A DNA stretch of 64,000 bases. It comes from Ramazzottius varieornatus (taxonomy: Eukaryota; Animalia; Tardigrada). Where the stretch lies: positions 6,906,325-6,970,324 of the forward strand of contig BDGG01000001.1 in NCBI GenBank assembly GCA_001949185.1, given 5' to 3'. Position 1 is the stretch's first letter. Every line of letters begins with the position of its first letter. Below, piece by piece: positions 26,219 to 37,331 of this stretch. The notes under the pieces were generated by a model, which ran no database searches, was not told where the DNA came from, and saw only the letters and a list, made by a program, of their open reading frames with translations. The position numbers and the translations under genes are program-made.

Positions 26219-28315
26219 ATGGCGACTATAGTGGAAACTATAAGATCTGTTATTGGACTACCGGATAAGCAGGGAAACCAAACAGAAGATGAAAAGTTGG
26301 ACGAGAGAATTTACGAAGTGGCGAAGGAAAAATACGGTGAGTATTCAGCTGTGAATACGTCACATGCAAATCATTTCTTTTTGCAGGAATAAGCAAAGAT
26401 GATCTGAAGGAGTTCTCAAAGGAATCTTGCAAAGGCATTCTCAATGGGCAAGTCCATGTGCTTCGTCATGCCGACGCTCCTCACAAAGATGCGGACATTG
26501 GTTATTGAACCCATACCCCCTCTGTTGTTTGACGAGAAACATGGAGTGGAAAAGAAGGTACAATAAATTTAAACAAGAAAAATGTTGACAAAATGTATAG
26601 TCGAGTACACGCAGGACGTTACTGCAATAACAAAAGAAAGCCACCAGAGTGCCCGCTGTCCAGACATAGCGTTACCTCAGTGACGCCATATGAAACATTA
26701 TCAGCTGCAAGATGAAATCACCTGTGGTTATGTTGTCATGTCATAACAATAGAACCCGCTTTTGTTTTTTCAGGGCCTGAAGGTAGCGGTAATAGACAAC
26801 ACCTACACCGACCCCAAAGGTGCAAACAGAGACGTCAATGTGGCGGATATGATCAAGAAAGCCGATATGATCTACGTTACTCCCGATGCCTGCTTTGACG
26901 ACAACGGGAAGAACTCGAGAGTGATGGACGCTGTGATTGCTCTCAACCAGACGGAAAAGCTCGTGTTGGTCGCTTTGGATGAAGCGCACCTGGCCTGGCA
27001 TGAAGCAAAGTAAACCAAAACTCAGTAGCGCTTGTTCAAATAATGGATAGGTTATGACGTTTCTTATTTTAGGCCGCAGTTCAAAGCGTTGAGGAACCTT
27101 AAGAACCTGTTCCCAAATGTGGCGCTGATGACGGCGACGGGCACCGCGACAAAGCCCACGCGGGAAAAGCTGTTGAAAGAACTGTTGCGAGCAGATCGAT
27201 CCAAAGAGCTTTGGGCATCCGTGGATGCTCCCAATATTCGAGCGCGCTGCTATCACGTCGAAGTGAAGAAAGGCTCCGCAAAGAAATCCAAGGAAGGCGA
27301 GGAAGCTGACGCGCCACACGAAACGAAAACCACACCTGGTATACTCACTTGTCTTGTACACCAGAGTTAAACAGGAATTGATTATGTGGTTATGATTGTT
27401 TGTAGGCGACTGGAAGAAACTTGTGGAACTAATAGCCAAAGAAGTCAAGAACGAGCCGGCGGTATTCTTCTACGATAATCAGCAGGCAATTGACGTCATC
27501 GCGGAAGCCTTCAAGAAGTACGCCAGCGACATAATAACCCTAACTTACACCGGTGACTATGACGGTACGTTTCTGGAGGTTGAGAGTCTGTCAAGCGGGA
27601 ACGACGTTCATATTCTGCTGTCGTTTTCAGCCAAGACGCAAGCGGAAATTTTGGAGAAATGGAAAAAGAACGAGGCAACTTTGGTCATCGCCACTTCAGC
27701 CTTCGGACACGGTGTTAGTCGAGTTGATGTTCGGCATGTAAGTAGCTCATTCTGCGGAACATTTGTCTGATCATACTGGAAATTTCTTGATTAAATTTGT
27801 CAGGTATATCATTTGGGTGTGCCTCAGAGCTTGGAAGAGTGGGTTCAGGAAGCTGGTCGAGCAGGAAGAGACGGCAAGCCCGCGACAGGTGCCGCACAGA
27901 TTTGTTGGATCGATGGGGGCTGCAAAATTCACTTACGCTTTTTCCATGTATAGCCACGCTTTTATGGCATGACCAGACACCGGAAGAGATGGCTTTCGAG
28001 GGTCTAGACGAGGAGGACAAGAAGGAAGCTATCAGCCGTCTGAAAGCGATGCAGCTGTAAGGAGCGGAAGTCTTTTCATTGTTGCGGCGTCTTCCAGAGC
28101 TTTGGTCAGCTTTCAGAATCATTCACTATTAACGAGTTTGGGATTCTTCTAGGTACTGTAAAAGCGAGGAATGTCGTCGACGAGTCCTTTTCGAATACTT
28201 TGGCGAAGAGGTCGCCAAAAAGAGCTGTGATAACTGCGACTTGTGCCTGAAGCTACCGGTCCTCGAACGAATCGTCATTGAGCCCCACACTATCGATGCT
28301 TCACTGGATCTATGA
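26219..28315 (+). pseudogene. Divergent RecQ-family helicase gene, frameshifted at motif I
   Basis: Exons give GKSMCF (I), YVTPD, LDEAH (II), TGTAT (III), ATSAFGHG (V), QEAGRAGRDG (VI) and the Zn-binding CRRRVLFEYFGE...CDNCDLC. The exon-2 frame breaks between GILNG and GKS (~26445). Confidence 0.8.
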
Positions 28316-29269
28316 CCAAACTCACCGGCAATCCTTTGTATATAATTTTGGCGTGCGGTGAATTCACTGGTGGTAATATTAATTTTGTTACGCTTTGCCA
28401 AGATGGAAGCTTTTTTGTGTATACAATCATTTTGTTGTGCCACCAAACCAGTCGGGTGTGTTGTGACTTCCATATTCGTTAGGTTCCTTGTCAGGTTTCG
28501 ACGACGATTTTGTTTCTTTTTAGTTTCACCCTGAGTTATAAGACCGGCGAAATGTGTACTTCTAACAAGAAGATCGAAGAAATACTGAAGGGATAAAAAA
28601 GCCTGAGAAAACAGTTTCCCGACTTTGCATGTAAGACAGAGGCTAGTAAAAGATCTCGAAGCCTTGCGGAAATGAGTATGGTGGAGGCTGGTAGTCCGCA
28701 ACGAGGCGGTGTTTGCCCATGCAAGCCAGAAGTCGCCCAAAGAAGGCCAAATCTAACGCATGCAATTTACGTCCGTTATGTGTCGCCCTCGTCTTCAGTC
28801 CCGGGCCTCTATCACTTCCCACTCTTGCAACTCGGAAGTCAGGCTGCAATGCAAAACTCATAGACGAGGTGAATACATGTGTTAACACCCAAAACCCATG
28901 AGAGGTGTTACGAACTTGAATTCCTTCCAGTATTTGTCCAAAAACTGCACGATGTACAACGTCGCCTCATCAAGATTCTCCAGAGACTGCAGCAACCACT
29001 GTAGCTGCACCTCTGGATAAGGCCAGAAAACTTGGGTGCCCGCATGTTTCAGCAGCCACGCTCGGCTACCCAAAGGGTCGCTGTTCGAGCTCGCGAGATC
29101 GCGTTGTAGTTTCACCCGCCCTATCGGCGATCGTTCTCCCCAAGATTCGCTACAAAAACCAAGATGTTGGCTCACATGCATGGTTTTTGATGTTAACTCA
29201 AATGCAACTCTGACACTAATAGCACGCCAGTTGGGACGTCGGCAAACGCCTGGAGTACAGGGTATAATC

Positions 29270-29380
29270 ATTTGCCCAAGTGGCACACACGTTCGCCCAA
29301 GTGGCGCACGCGTTCCGCCAATGTCAATCAAAACTTGCGCCATCTGGGATCGCGATCTTGCTCAGTTGTCTTGCCGACAT
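29270..29380. repeat. Palindromic MITE-like element (orphan locus)
   Basis: Duplicated left arm (CCCAAGTGGC twice), then a 25-nt spacer and right arm. Confidence 0.75.
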
Positions 29381-29971
29381 TCCAGTGGATCATACGCACT
29401 TTTCATCCTTGTTCCATATTACAGCAAGCCGTGTCGACGGAATCATCTCTTGAGGATGTCTTATTTTCAGTTTACGCATCTTTTCCATGTGCGCCTTCTT
29501 CATAGCTTCCTTCCAACGCGAATAAAGTTCTCCAACGTTTTCGCCAATGACAATCTGGCAGTTGTAAGCCAGCGCATCATGTCTGCAGCGTACTGCACTG
29601 ACCGATGCAAGCTGCGGTTGTAGCAAGTACCAAAGATCACGTTCTCCGAAATGGTCGCTGCAATAAGTGACTTCTGTCAGACGAGGAAAGACTGTTAAGT
29701 GGTGACCGGCACGAAAGTTGATGATGAAAGAGTTCCAGCTTTCCTAAAATATTAGATGTGTAATCGTATTCAGGTTCACTAAGAACAACTCTGACCACGC
29801 TCGTGATTCCTCGAGGGCTATGCATGTCCTGCTTTCTCCGGGAACCTCCATGACAGCCACACCTCGGTTGTGGGCTGGATTCTGCATCAGCAGCGAGTTC
29901 CAGTCGGTGGAAACCCTGATATGTATGGACAAGCCACCGTTCAAAGTCAGTATCCCGGTTTCGAAGCAAGT

Positions 29972-30036
29972 GGAAGGCCGGCAAACGGAGCGTACAACAT
30001 GTTTGCATCAAGTGGCGCACGCCTCCGGCCAATCCA
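29972..30036. repeat. Half copy of the palindromic element
   Basis: GGCCGGCAAAC...CAAGTGGCGCACGCCTCCGGCCAA; right arm missing. Confidence 0.7.
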
Positions 30037-31428
30037 GTTGACTCAAGAGCTAGGCTCGACTGATGCTGGGCGCATCGGAGTTCCACACCTCCCGTTCGAC
30101 GTCCAGGGCATGTACTTTCGGATAGTTGCTGCAAAAGGAGAATAACTAATTAACTGCAGTTGTGTAATTTCAAGGTACGTAATGAGAATCTGGACAAATA
30201 CCAAAAGATTTGCAGCTGTACCTTAGGCTGTGCCACGAGCAGAAGATGCACAGCATCTCCGGTCGGATCAAGCCGCTTTCACCGTCGTCTTCCTGTCGTC
30301 GTTCGCGTGGCTCTTTCATGGTATCCTCCCAGTGCGCATTGGTATTTTCTGCGACCGGACAGCATTAACACTCGGAAATGTCACACTGGCATTTCCTTGT
30401 TACGACCCGGATTCCAAAAGCGCCGACTTTCAGTGTGACAGAACCCCTGAAATACGTCCAGAGTCAAATTCACACAGCACGCTGTCAAAAGTTCCGCTTT
30501 TCGATTGGTGGTCGTGTATTGAGCTTGCCTGCTTAATCTGGACAATCTGGATTTGGACAAGCGAGTACCGAGATGCTTCAAAGTGTTCCTCGACAAGCTG
30601 GCTGCACTTAGCGAACGCTTGAATGTTCCTCAAACGCCTGCAACGTCTTCATCACTTCCGGTGCTCCCTTGAGAACCATCCGTCCCTTCAGCTGCCGTCT
30701 TTAGCCTTTCGACTCCTGCTTCTCTCTTGCCAAGTCCTCGTTCTTGTATCGGCATTCTTGTCTGCAATCAACAACATAACAGCACAAGTTTGATCAAAAA
30801 CAAAATTAAGCTTTGAGAAAGAGTTTGGAAAATTAACTTTTCAGCTTGCACTCTAAAAAATAAACTGAGCCCCGGGAAAAGGATGAACACCCGGGGTAGG
30901 GACGATCGCAACTTGCTAGTAACGGGGCCGTAGGCAGACCTGGAAGAGTAACTTTAATCGCTAGAGCCGCAGACTGCAGTCCCGCAGAGCGTTCGGGAAT
31001 CGGGAACCCCGGTGGAACCCGCCAAGAACGACCTCAGCAAAATAAAAATACAAGGTGCTCGATTTTGATTCTTGAGTCTTGATGTATCCGTTATTAATCT
31101 GCCGATCCCACTCCCAGTGAAATGACTGAAGTCTCCAGTGAATTGCTTCCCTGATGGTGCGACTCTTCGCTAGACAGCTTGCTGGCGGTCTCGTCGCGAT
31201 ATCTTAATGAAAAGGAGTCTATCCAGTCTCTACTTCCGGTGGAGCTCACCACCACTGCATTCCTCTGCTCGGTGCATAACCTCATTGTCCGAAACCAAGA
31301 AAAGCTTCCCATACCCTTCGACGACTGGACCGCGCTATCAGCAAGGTATCCGCCCTCGACGTAAGCCATAATGTAGTATTTTGAAACCATGCTTATCGTC
31401 TTTGATATGTGTTTCAGCTGGTGTTATC

Positions 31429-32692
31429 ATGAATTCGGAATTCACACTAAGATTTCCCCAGCAGGAGTACCATTTGAATTGCTGGTCCATCTCGGGTATG
31501 GAGTCCACCGTCACGGTTCGAACTTCTGACGGACCAAGCTATGCTTTCGACATGGGACAAGCCACGAGGCCTTCCGTTTCCGCCGATTACGTTATGATTA
31601 CGCACGGACATACCGATCACTGCGGGGCGATCCATAAACATGTCGCTCAACGAGATCTGCTGTCCAAGCGTCCAGCCACTTATTTCTGCCCTCCCGACAT
31701 CGAGAAGTCACTGAAGGCCATCTGTCGGCAGTACGCCATCATGGGAGAATAGTAAGTCTTTCTGAAGCTCTGCCAGACAGGGAAGATTTTGTGCATTGCT
31801 TCGAAATCGTTCTATCAAACTCAAACAACAATCAAAACAGAAATCAGCTGACTGACTTGTGGCGAGCCAGTCCGGTTACTTTGTGACGCCAGTTTGCGTT
31901 GATAGGCGTTGCCCTACGGCCCACCATGCCTAGCTGGCAGTTTCGTGCTTACGTCACGCTTTGCGGATTGCCGCGCTATGAGCAACTCCGCGCAGTTTTT
32001 GCTTCTTGTCTTGCTCGTTTTTGGCTTCCCGTTTGTTTCGTGTTACTTCCTTTGACCTTCCTTGCGGTTTGCTAAGCTCATGTAGCGTTGTCGCGGAAGT
32101 TTTTCTGATTTCGAATGGTCTTTGTAGCAACAAACCCACCATGGAGAACCCAACGATCCTGCCAATCAGCCTTGGTTCCCGAACCGCTCTGTCCAACAAA
32201 CGCACTCTCGTTCCCTTCATCACCTATCACCGCGTTCCCAGCCAAGGCTACATGATCTACTCCAAAGAACACGTTCTGAAACCCGAATATGCGCACGTGA
32301 ACCCACGACAGGCGCATGAAATGACCCGACAAGGCGTCGAGGTGCGCGAATGGAAAGAAATCCCCGAGATCGCTTACACCGGGGACACAACCTTCGAAGC
32401 TTTCACTGACACCGTCAATGCAGATGTCCTGAATGCCAGGATCCTTATAACCGAAGCCACGTACATCTGTGATAAGCAGTCCCCGTCCAAGGCGAAGGAA
32501 CGCGGACATTGTCATTTGATGGACTTCGCGAAAAATGCGGACTTGTTTCAGAATGTCGGTGCCTTGGTACTTGTTCATTTGTCGGACAGGTATAACAGGA
32601 GGCACGCTGATCAGTGGATCAATAGGAGCTTGCCAATGGCGTTGAAGAAGAAAACGTGGGTTCCGACCTTAAACAAAGACATGGAATACTAA
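31429..32692 (+). CDS. Short-form tRNase Z / metallo-beta-lactamase, TM-type-like; 2 coding exons (intron 31752-32127)
   Basis: Motifs WSISGMES, AFDMG, THGHTDH (HxHxDH), TYHRVPSQGY, LKPEY, PEIAYTGDT, ITEAT, GHCH and LVHLSDRY. Confidence 0.85.
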
Positions 32693-34390
32693 CTCGATAA
32701 CTTCCTTGTTATATTCGATTTGTTGAAAGCATGTTTTTCATGGCTGATCTTCACACACACTGTATCCCAGTAAGTGAGATTTTCGATGGGGTGTTTCTTT
32801 TCGGGTTTATCAACTTTTTTCCATAGAACGGAAGTATTTCCGGTTAGAGAACTGACTACGGTAAATAAAACCGACCAACTTGACATAACATGCTTTTCTG
32901 ACCGTGGTGGTGATTTTCGTATGTGTATCGAGTGGTCAGTCAGACTATCGGCACGCTGTCATTAGGAAGGCGTGTAGCATGTCCAGTATCTAATTACACG
33001 TCCGGCGAAGCCTTTAAACGTCAAATTAGGTATTTTGAAACATGGCCGACACCCATTTGCTCATGTGAAAATATTGTGTGTATGTTTTGGGGCGTTGGTT
33101 CACTTAGACCGGCGATATCGCCAGACTGACCCAATCACTCTGTCATAAAACATCGAAACTGTCGAAGTTTAAAGTAGCGCACAGACCAGTTTCAGCTGTT
33201 ACGGCACGTAATGCTGCTAAAAGGAGGCCTTCCATTTTTCCCTAAAGATGGTCAGATCGAAGAGTGTTTTGTGTCAAGCTGACCGATGATCAACGATGTT
33301 TGACAAGATGTGATGGGAGAAGAAAAAGAAGCTGATGATGAGAGTGTTTCGTGTTGTTGGCCATTATGGTAATGGATGGCTCGCGTTGTGTGTTTCTCTG
33401 TGGCGAACACCTTTTCGCGCTACTCGAGTACATGAATGGATTGATCTCATTCTTTTTGTGAGGCAGGTAACAGCGAGTGTTGTGGCAACCACTGCGTTGG
33501 CGTGCATTGGCTGTTCACTCCATTGTACAAACTTCCATAAATTAAACAACAAAAGCCGCGACTACTGGTAGCGATTAAGGTGTGAATGTTGATGATTACC
33601 CAATGAGGTCGAAGATGCGCAGTCAAGCGTGGCGAACACTGTAGGAAGAAGCTGGTTCAGAAGCTATCTTTGGATACAAAGAAAGACTCGAACAGAGGTG
33701 TTTCTGTTATAAAAAGCATGTCACCCCAAAGTCTTTAACGTGGAAACCTTTTTTCACCTGGCCTTCTGCGCTTCCGAAATTGTCTAGCATACATCAGCGA
33801 ACAATTCTCCGTAGAAAAATGAAATTCCATTTCAACCTTTCATGATTTCATCGTTGCCAGTCTTGAGTTTGAAATCTTGAACACGTAGGTAGACGTTATA
33901 CGTGAATCTGGTGCAAAGTGGGTTTACAAAAATGCAATTATTTATTCATGAATCGGGGTCTACATTTTTTTTGTTTACTAGAGTGCCAGTCAAGTTAGAG
34001 GTAGTATCAGGTTGCGCAGGGCTGATATGGATGTGCCGCATAGGCCGGATAATCAATCAGCAGGCGATCAGTTTACGGCACCAGCAAAATATGATGATGG
34101 GTTGACATGGATCCGCGCGATTTAGCTAGTATTATATCCGGCTGTAACCACCGCCATAAAGACATGCTTGGCCAGACTTTGAGCTTGCAACTTCCGTTGG
34201 TGGGTCAAGCGGATCTTCCGTCTGGTCCCGGCTTCCCACCACGTAGCGGAAGTTCCTCTGTAACACGAGCTTCATGGCCCTCCATAACTTTATTGCACTG
34301 TATGGTCCAACCAGATTGTTTTAGGACGAGTTACGGACTTTATCAATGAAAGCGGAACACGTCTGGTCAGGCTTTCCCAGTCTGCCAAAT

Positions 34391-34495
34391 GGGAACTCGG
34401 CAAATAAAGTCAGTCAGATCCTTTTCAAAACCGGCGCACGCTACCAGTGATTTTGGCCGGAAGCGTGCGCCACTTGCATGAAGACTCTGCGGAGC
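34391..34495. repeat. Palindromic MITE-like element (upstream of RhoGEF CDS)
   Basis: GGGAACTCGGCAAA...GGCGCAC-N25-GTGCGCCACTT. Confidence 0.8.
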
Positions 34496-35131
34496 CGGTA
34501 TCGCAGTATTTCTGGGTTGTGCTCGGAACAAGGGTTTTCATGCCATGTAGAAAAAATTTTGCTTGGTTCTTCCGCGCGATACTTAACAACCTGTAACTGA
34601 CTACGATTATAGTTAAATACAACCTGATTTTGGGCTTGATGAGTATAGGCGTATAAATAATGCAACTACCCGGTACATTGCACCTGTCAAACTATGCAGT
34701 TCAGGTCACAAATATGTGTCTATAAAAAAGGTTGGCTTCTCGTAATGTAATGAATTTACAGTGACGGTCACGGCTAGATGCTCCGCCGACATATAGTCAG
34801 TAAAATATTCCGAGATGGCAATCAGGAGACGACCAAGGTCGCCGATCACCGTGGCTCGACGTCATATCTACCGCGCTTTTGTCACCTGTACATGAGCTGG
34901 AGCAGTATCGATGTAACCTGTTTTGTGATTTATTGTTTACTCAACACAACGTAAGCCTCTCATAATCGCATTCATGGAGAAACGTGCGGTTTAACGGCGC
35001 GACTTGAAGTACCCATCTTACCATATTACGCCATAGACAATACACAGGTGCATACATGACACACATTACGCCTACGCAGTAAACTAAATTGATGTCAACT
35101 GAAATAAAAACTCAAATCAAACTATGAAATA

Positions 35132-35265
35132 TGGGAGGCCGGCAAACCAAGTGTCCGGAAACGTGCAGAAAATTTATTCCAATAGTGGCGCACATCTCCA
35201 TTGTTGCTGGCTGGAAGAGTGTGCCACTTAGAATAAGCTGTACATTTCGTTTGCCGGCATTCCAT
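35132..35265. repeat. Palindromic MITE-like element (upstream of RhoGEF CDS)
   Basis: TGGGAGGCCGGCAAAC...GTTTGCCGGCATTCCA with a 25-nt core spacer; TA on both flanks. Confidence 0.85.
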
Positions 35266-37331
35266 ATGCTCATCTTAACACATTAGTCGCCGCATTTGAG
35301 AGGATTACAGTAATTTCTGAGCGTTCTAAATTCTTCGCTGCCTTTTTTAGGCTGGTTCAACCGGACATGTGTTTTAAGTTAGCGTTAACGATGGTTCTGC
35401 CAGGCGATCGATGAAAACATCTTGATTAAGGGGGGAAACGACCACTGTGAAAAGTGGAAGCCGTCCAAGTCAAACGGGCGACTTTAACGAGAGTGTGAAA
35501 TATCGCGGGGTTCAAGCTGATCAAGTCAACACGATGATGGAAATTTGATGCGGCTTCGAAGAAACGAGCCAGGACGTCATATCACATTTCTTTCAAGCGT
35601 TTCCGCACTGTGAAATGTACGTCCAAGAAGCGGCCACCGATCGCGAGGAGAGTCTCGGTCCTCTCGATCGAATCCGTCAGAGTTGACTCCGTCAGAGTTC
35701 ACAGAGTTACTGGTTGGTGTACACTGGGCAGAAAGTAGCACGATAGTCTGTTGACGGACGCTGCTTGGACAAACACACTTGCCGATCAACTGCCTAGTCA
35801 ATGTTCACCCAAGAACCCAAAGGATCTCTGTGTAGACTCGGCACGGAGAACCAACGTACGCACTGTACTCCAACAGGTTTCTGACATTTCGTAAAGCAGC
35901 CCTAATGAAATGTCACTGTACTTGAATATCGTTGACGCCTTCTTCTTTTTTTAGGGAAGTAAAGTCTCCTAACCAGGAGGATAGCCGCAGTATCTGTCAA
36001 AGTTGTCTGTCTTGCTGCACAGAGTGACGCTTCATCAGAAGAAAGAAGTATATTGGAAAGTAAGTGCCAACCTTTTAGTAAGACAAACATCGGCATCAAG
36101 TGTATTGTACGTCGACTGAGTTTGCGAGTAATGGCTCAAATTATTCAATTAAGAATGGTATACGGAATGACCATTCCGCTACGAGGCTTTCCAGGCTCTA
36201 GATGGAAGAACCGGTCTACCTTAGGTTGGTCTTTGCAGAGCATACACGCGAAGAACTCGAAGTACAAGCTTGTACGGTATACAGTGCGTGTAGATCTGCT
36301 GGACATGACCGTGTATACCGTATATGCCGATTCGCGGCTCGCATGACGGTTACGTTACGCCATTGCGGCCATCGGAGAGTTCGGAAAAAGCATCGCTGCT
36401 GTGATCTGACATACATGCTTGACGATGCTGGCGTGTATGCCTTTGCAGTTGTACGGTTGCTTTTTGTGCAGTTGATGGATTTTCAATTTCACAGCTCAAT
36501 AACTATAATCATGCTGGCGTCGCCATTGTTTTTCGTATAGAAAGTGTCGGGATTGTCCTTGCTTACTGGGTACTTCCTATGCATCGGCTGAAGTTTATAT
36601 CTCTCATGGCTACTTTGTTGCAAGGCCGTACTACCGGGTAGATTATCCATCCACATCGGTCATTTACCGTAAAACCCCCGCAATACGTCTTGATTAACCA
36701 TCTTGATGGGAAATCTTTTCTTTTGATTTTGATTTTAATTTTTTTTACCGCCGCATCTGCCGCGGTGGTCGTTGATGCGCGTCATTATATTTTTATGCAG
36801 TAGCGCGTTTGCATGGAGAGACATCTTCGGCTTGTCGCGCCGTACCTTCCACATGTAAATGTGTCGAGGCGAATAAAAGGCCCGCGCTCATAAATTATCG
36901 TTTGGCAAATGTTACACCATTCAACCACCGGATAGATGCGCGTATTGACGCCGGGCTTTTATATCGAGGCACCTATGCTTTGCGACGATTAATCACCGTC
37001 CTTTTTGTAGGACATGATGCACAATTATTCTCCATTATCATCTTCGTTGTGACGCTGGAATTTAGCACGAGAATTAATTTGGCACCCCATCACGAGAAAA
37101 AGGTCTCAGCTCAACGATAACTTTCTTGTTTCGTTTTTCATTAATTTAGAAACTCATTTCCGGGTTTAGAGTCGCAACTATAATCCCAAAGTTCAATTTC
37201 TAAGATTTTTACCGTTACTGTTACAGATCTTGATGACAGACTCAACACTTGTTTTCACTGATCGTTCGGCTGTGTTTCACAGAGTATACTTCTTTTGTTG
37301 TTTCTGGACATCTTTGAGTATTCATTGAACG

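Larger units (their letters stand above)
28643..30761 (-). pseudogene. Orphan multi-exon gene; 3' exons spliceable and open, 5' part apparently disrupted
   Basis: Open exons at ~29743-29397, ~29150-28911 and ~28840-28643 with GT-AG borders (e.g. ...KEFKF|PDFRVAR...FEIFY-TAG). Upstream frames carry stops. No family recognised. Confidence 0.4.

Noticed and set aside
25500-31100. TIRs bounding the RecQ/orphan block (weak similarity of ~25658-25700 to ~31055-31083)
   Set aside because: The match is short and gapped with no target-site duplication, so it cannot be distinguished from chance.
31122-31364. ORF upstream of tRNase Z as an extra coding exon
   Set aside because: It has an early in-frame TGA, and its donor phase does not join the tRNase Z frame; more likely 5' UTR.
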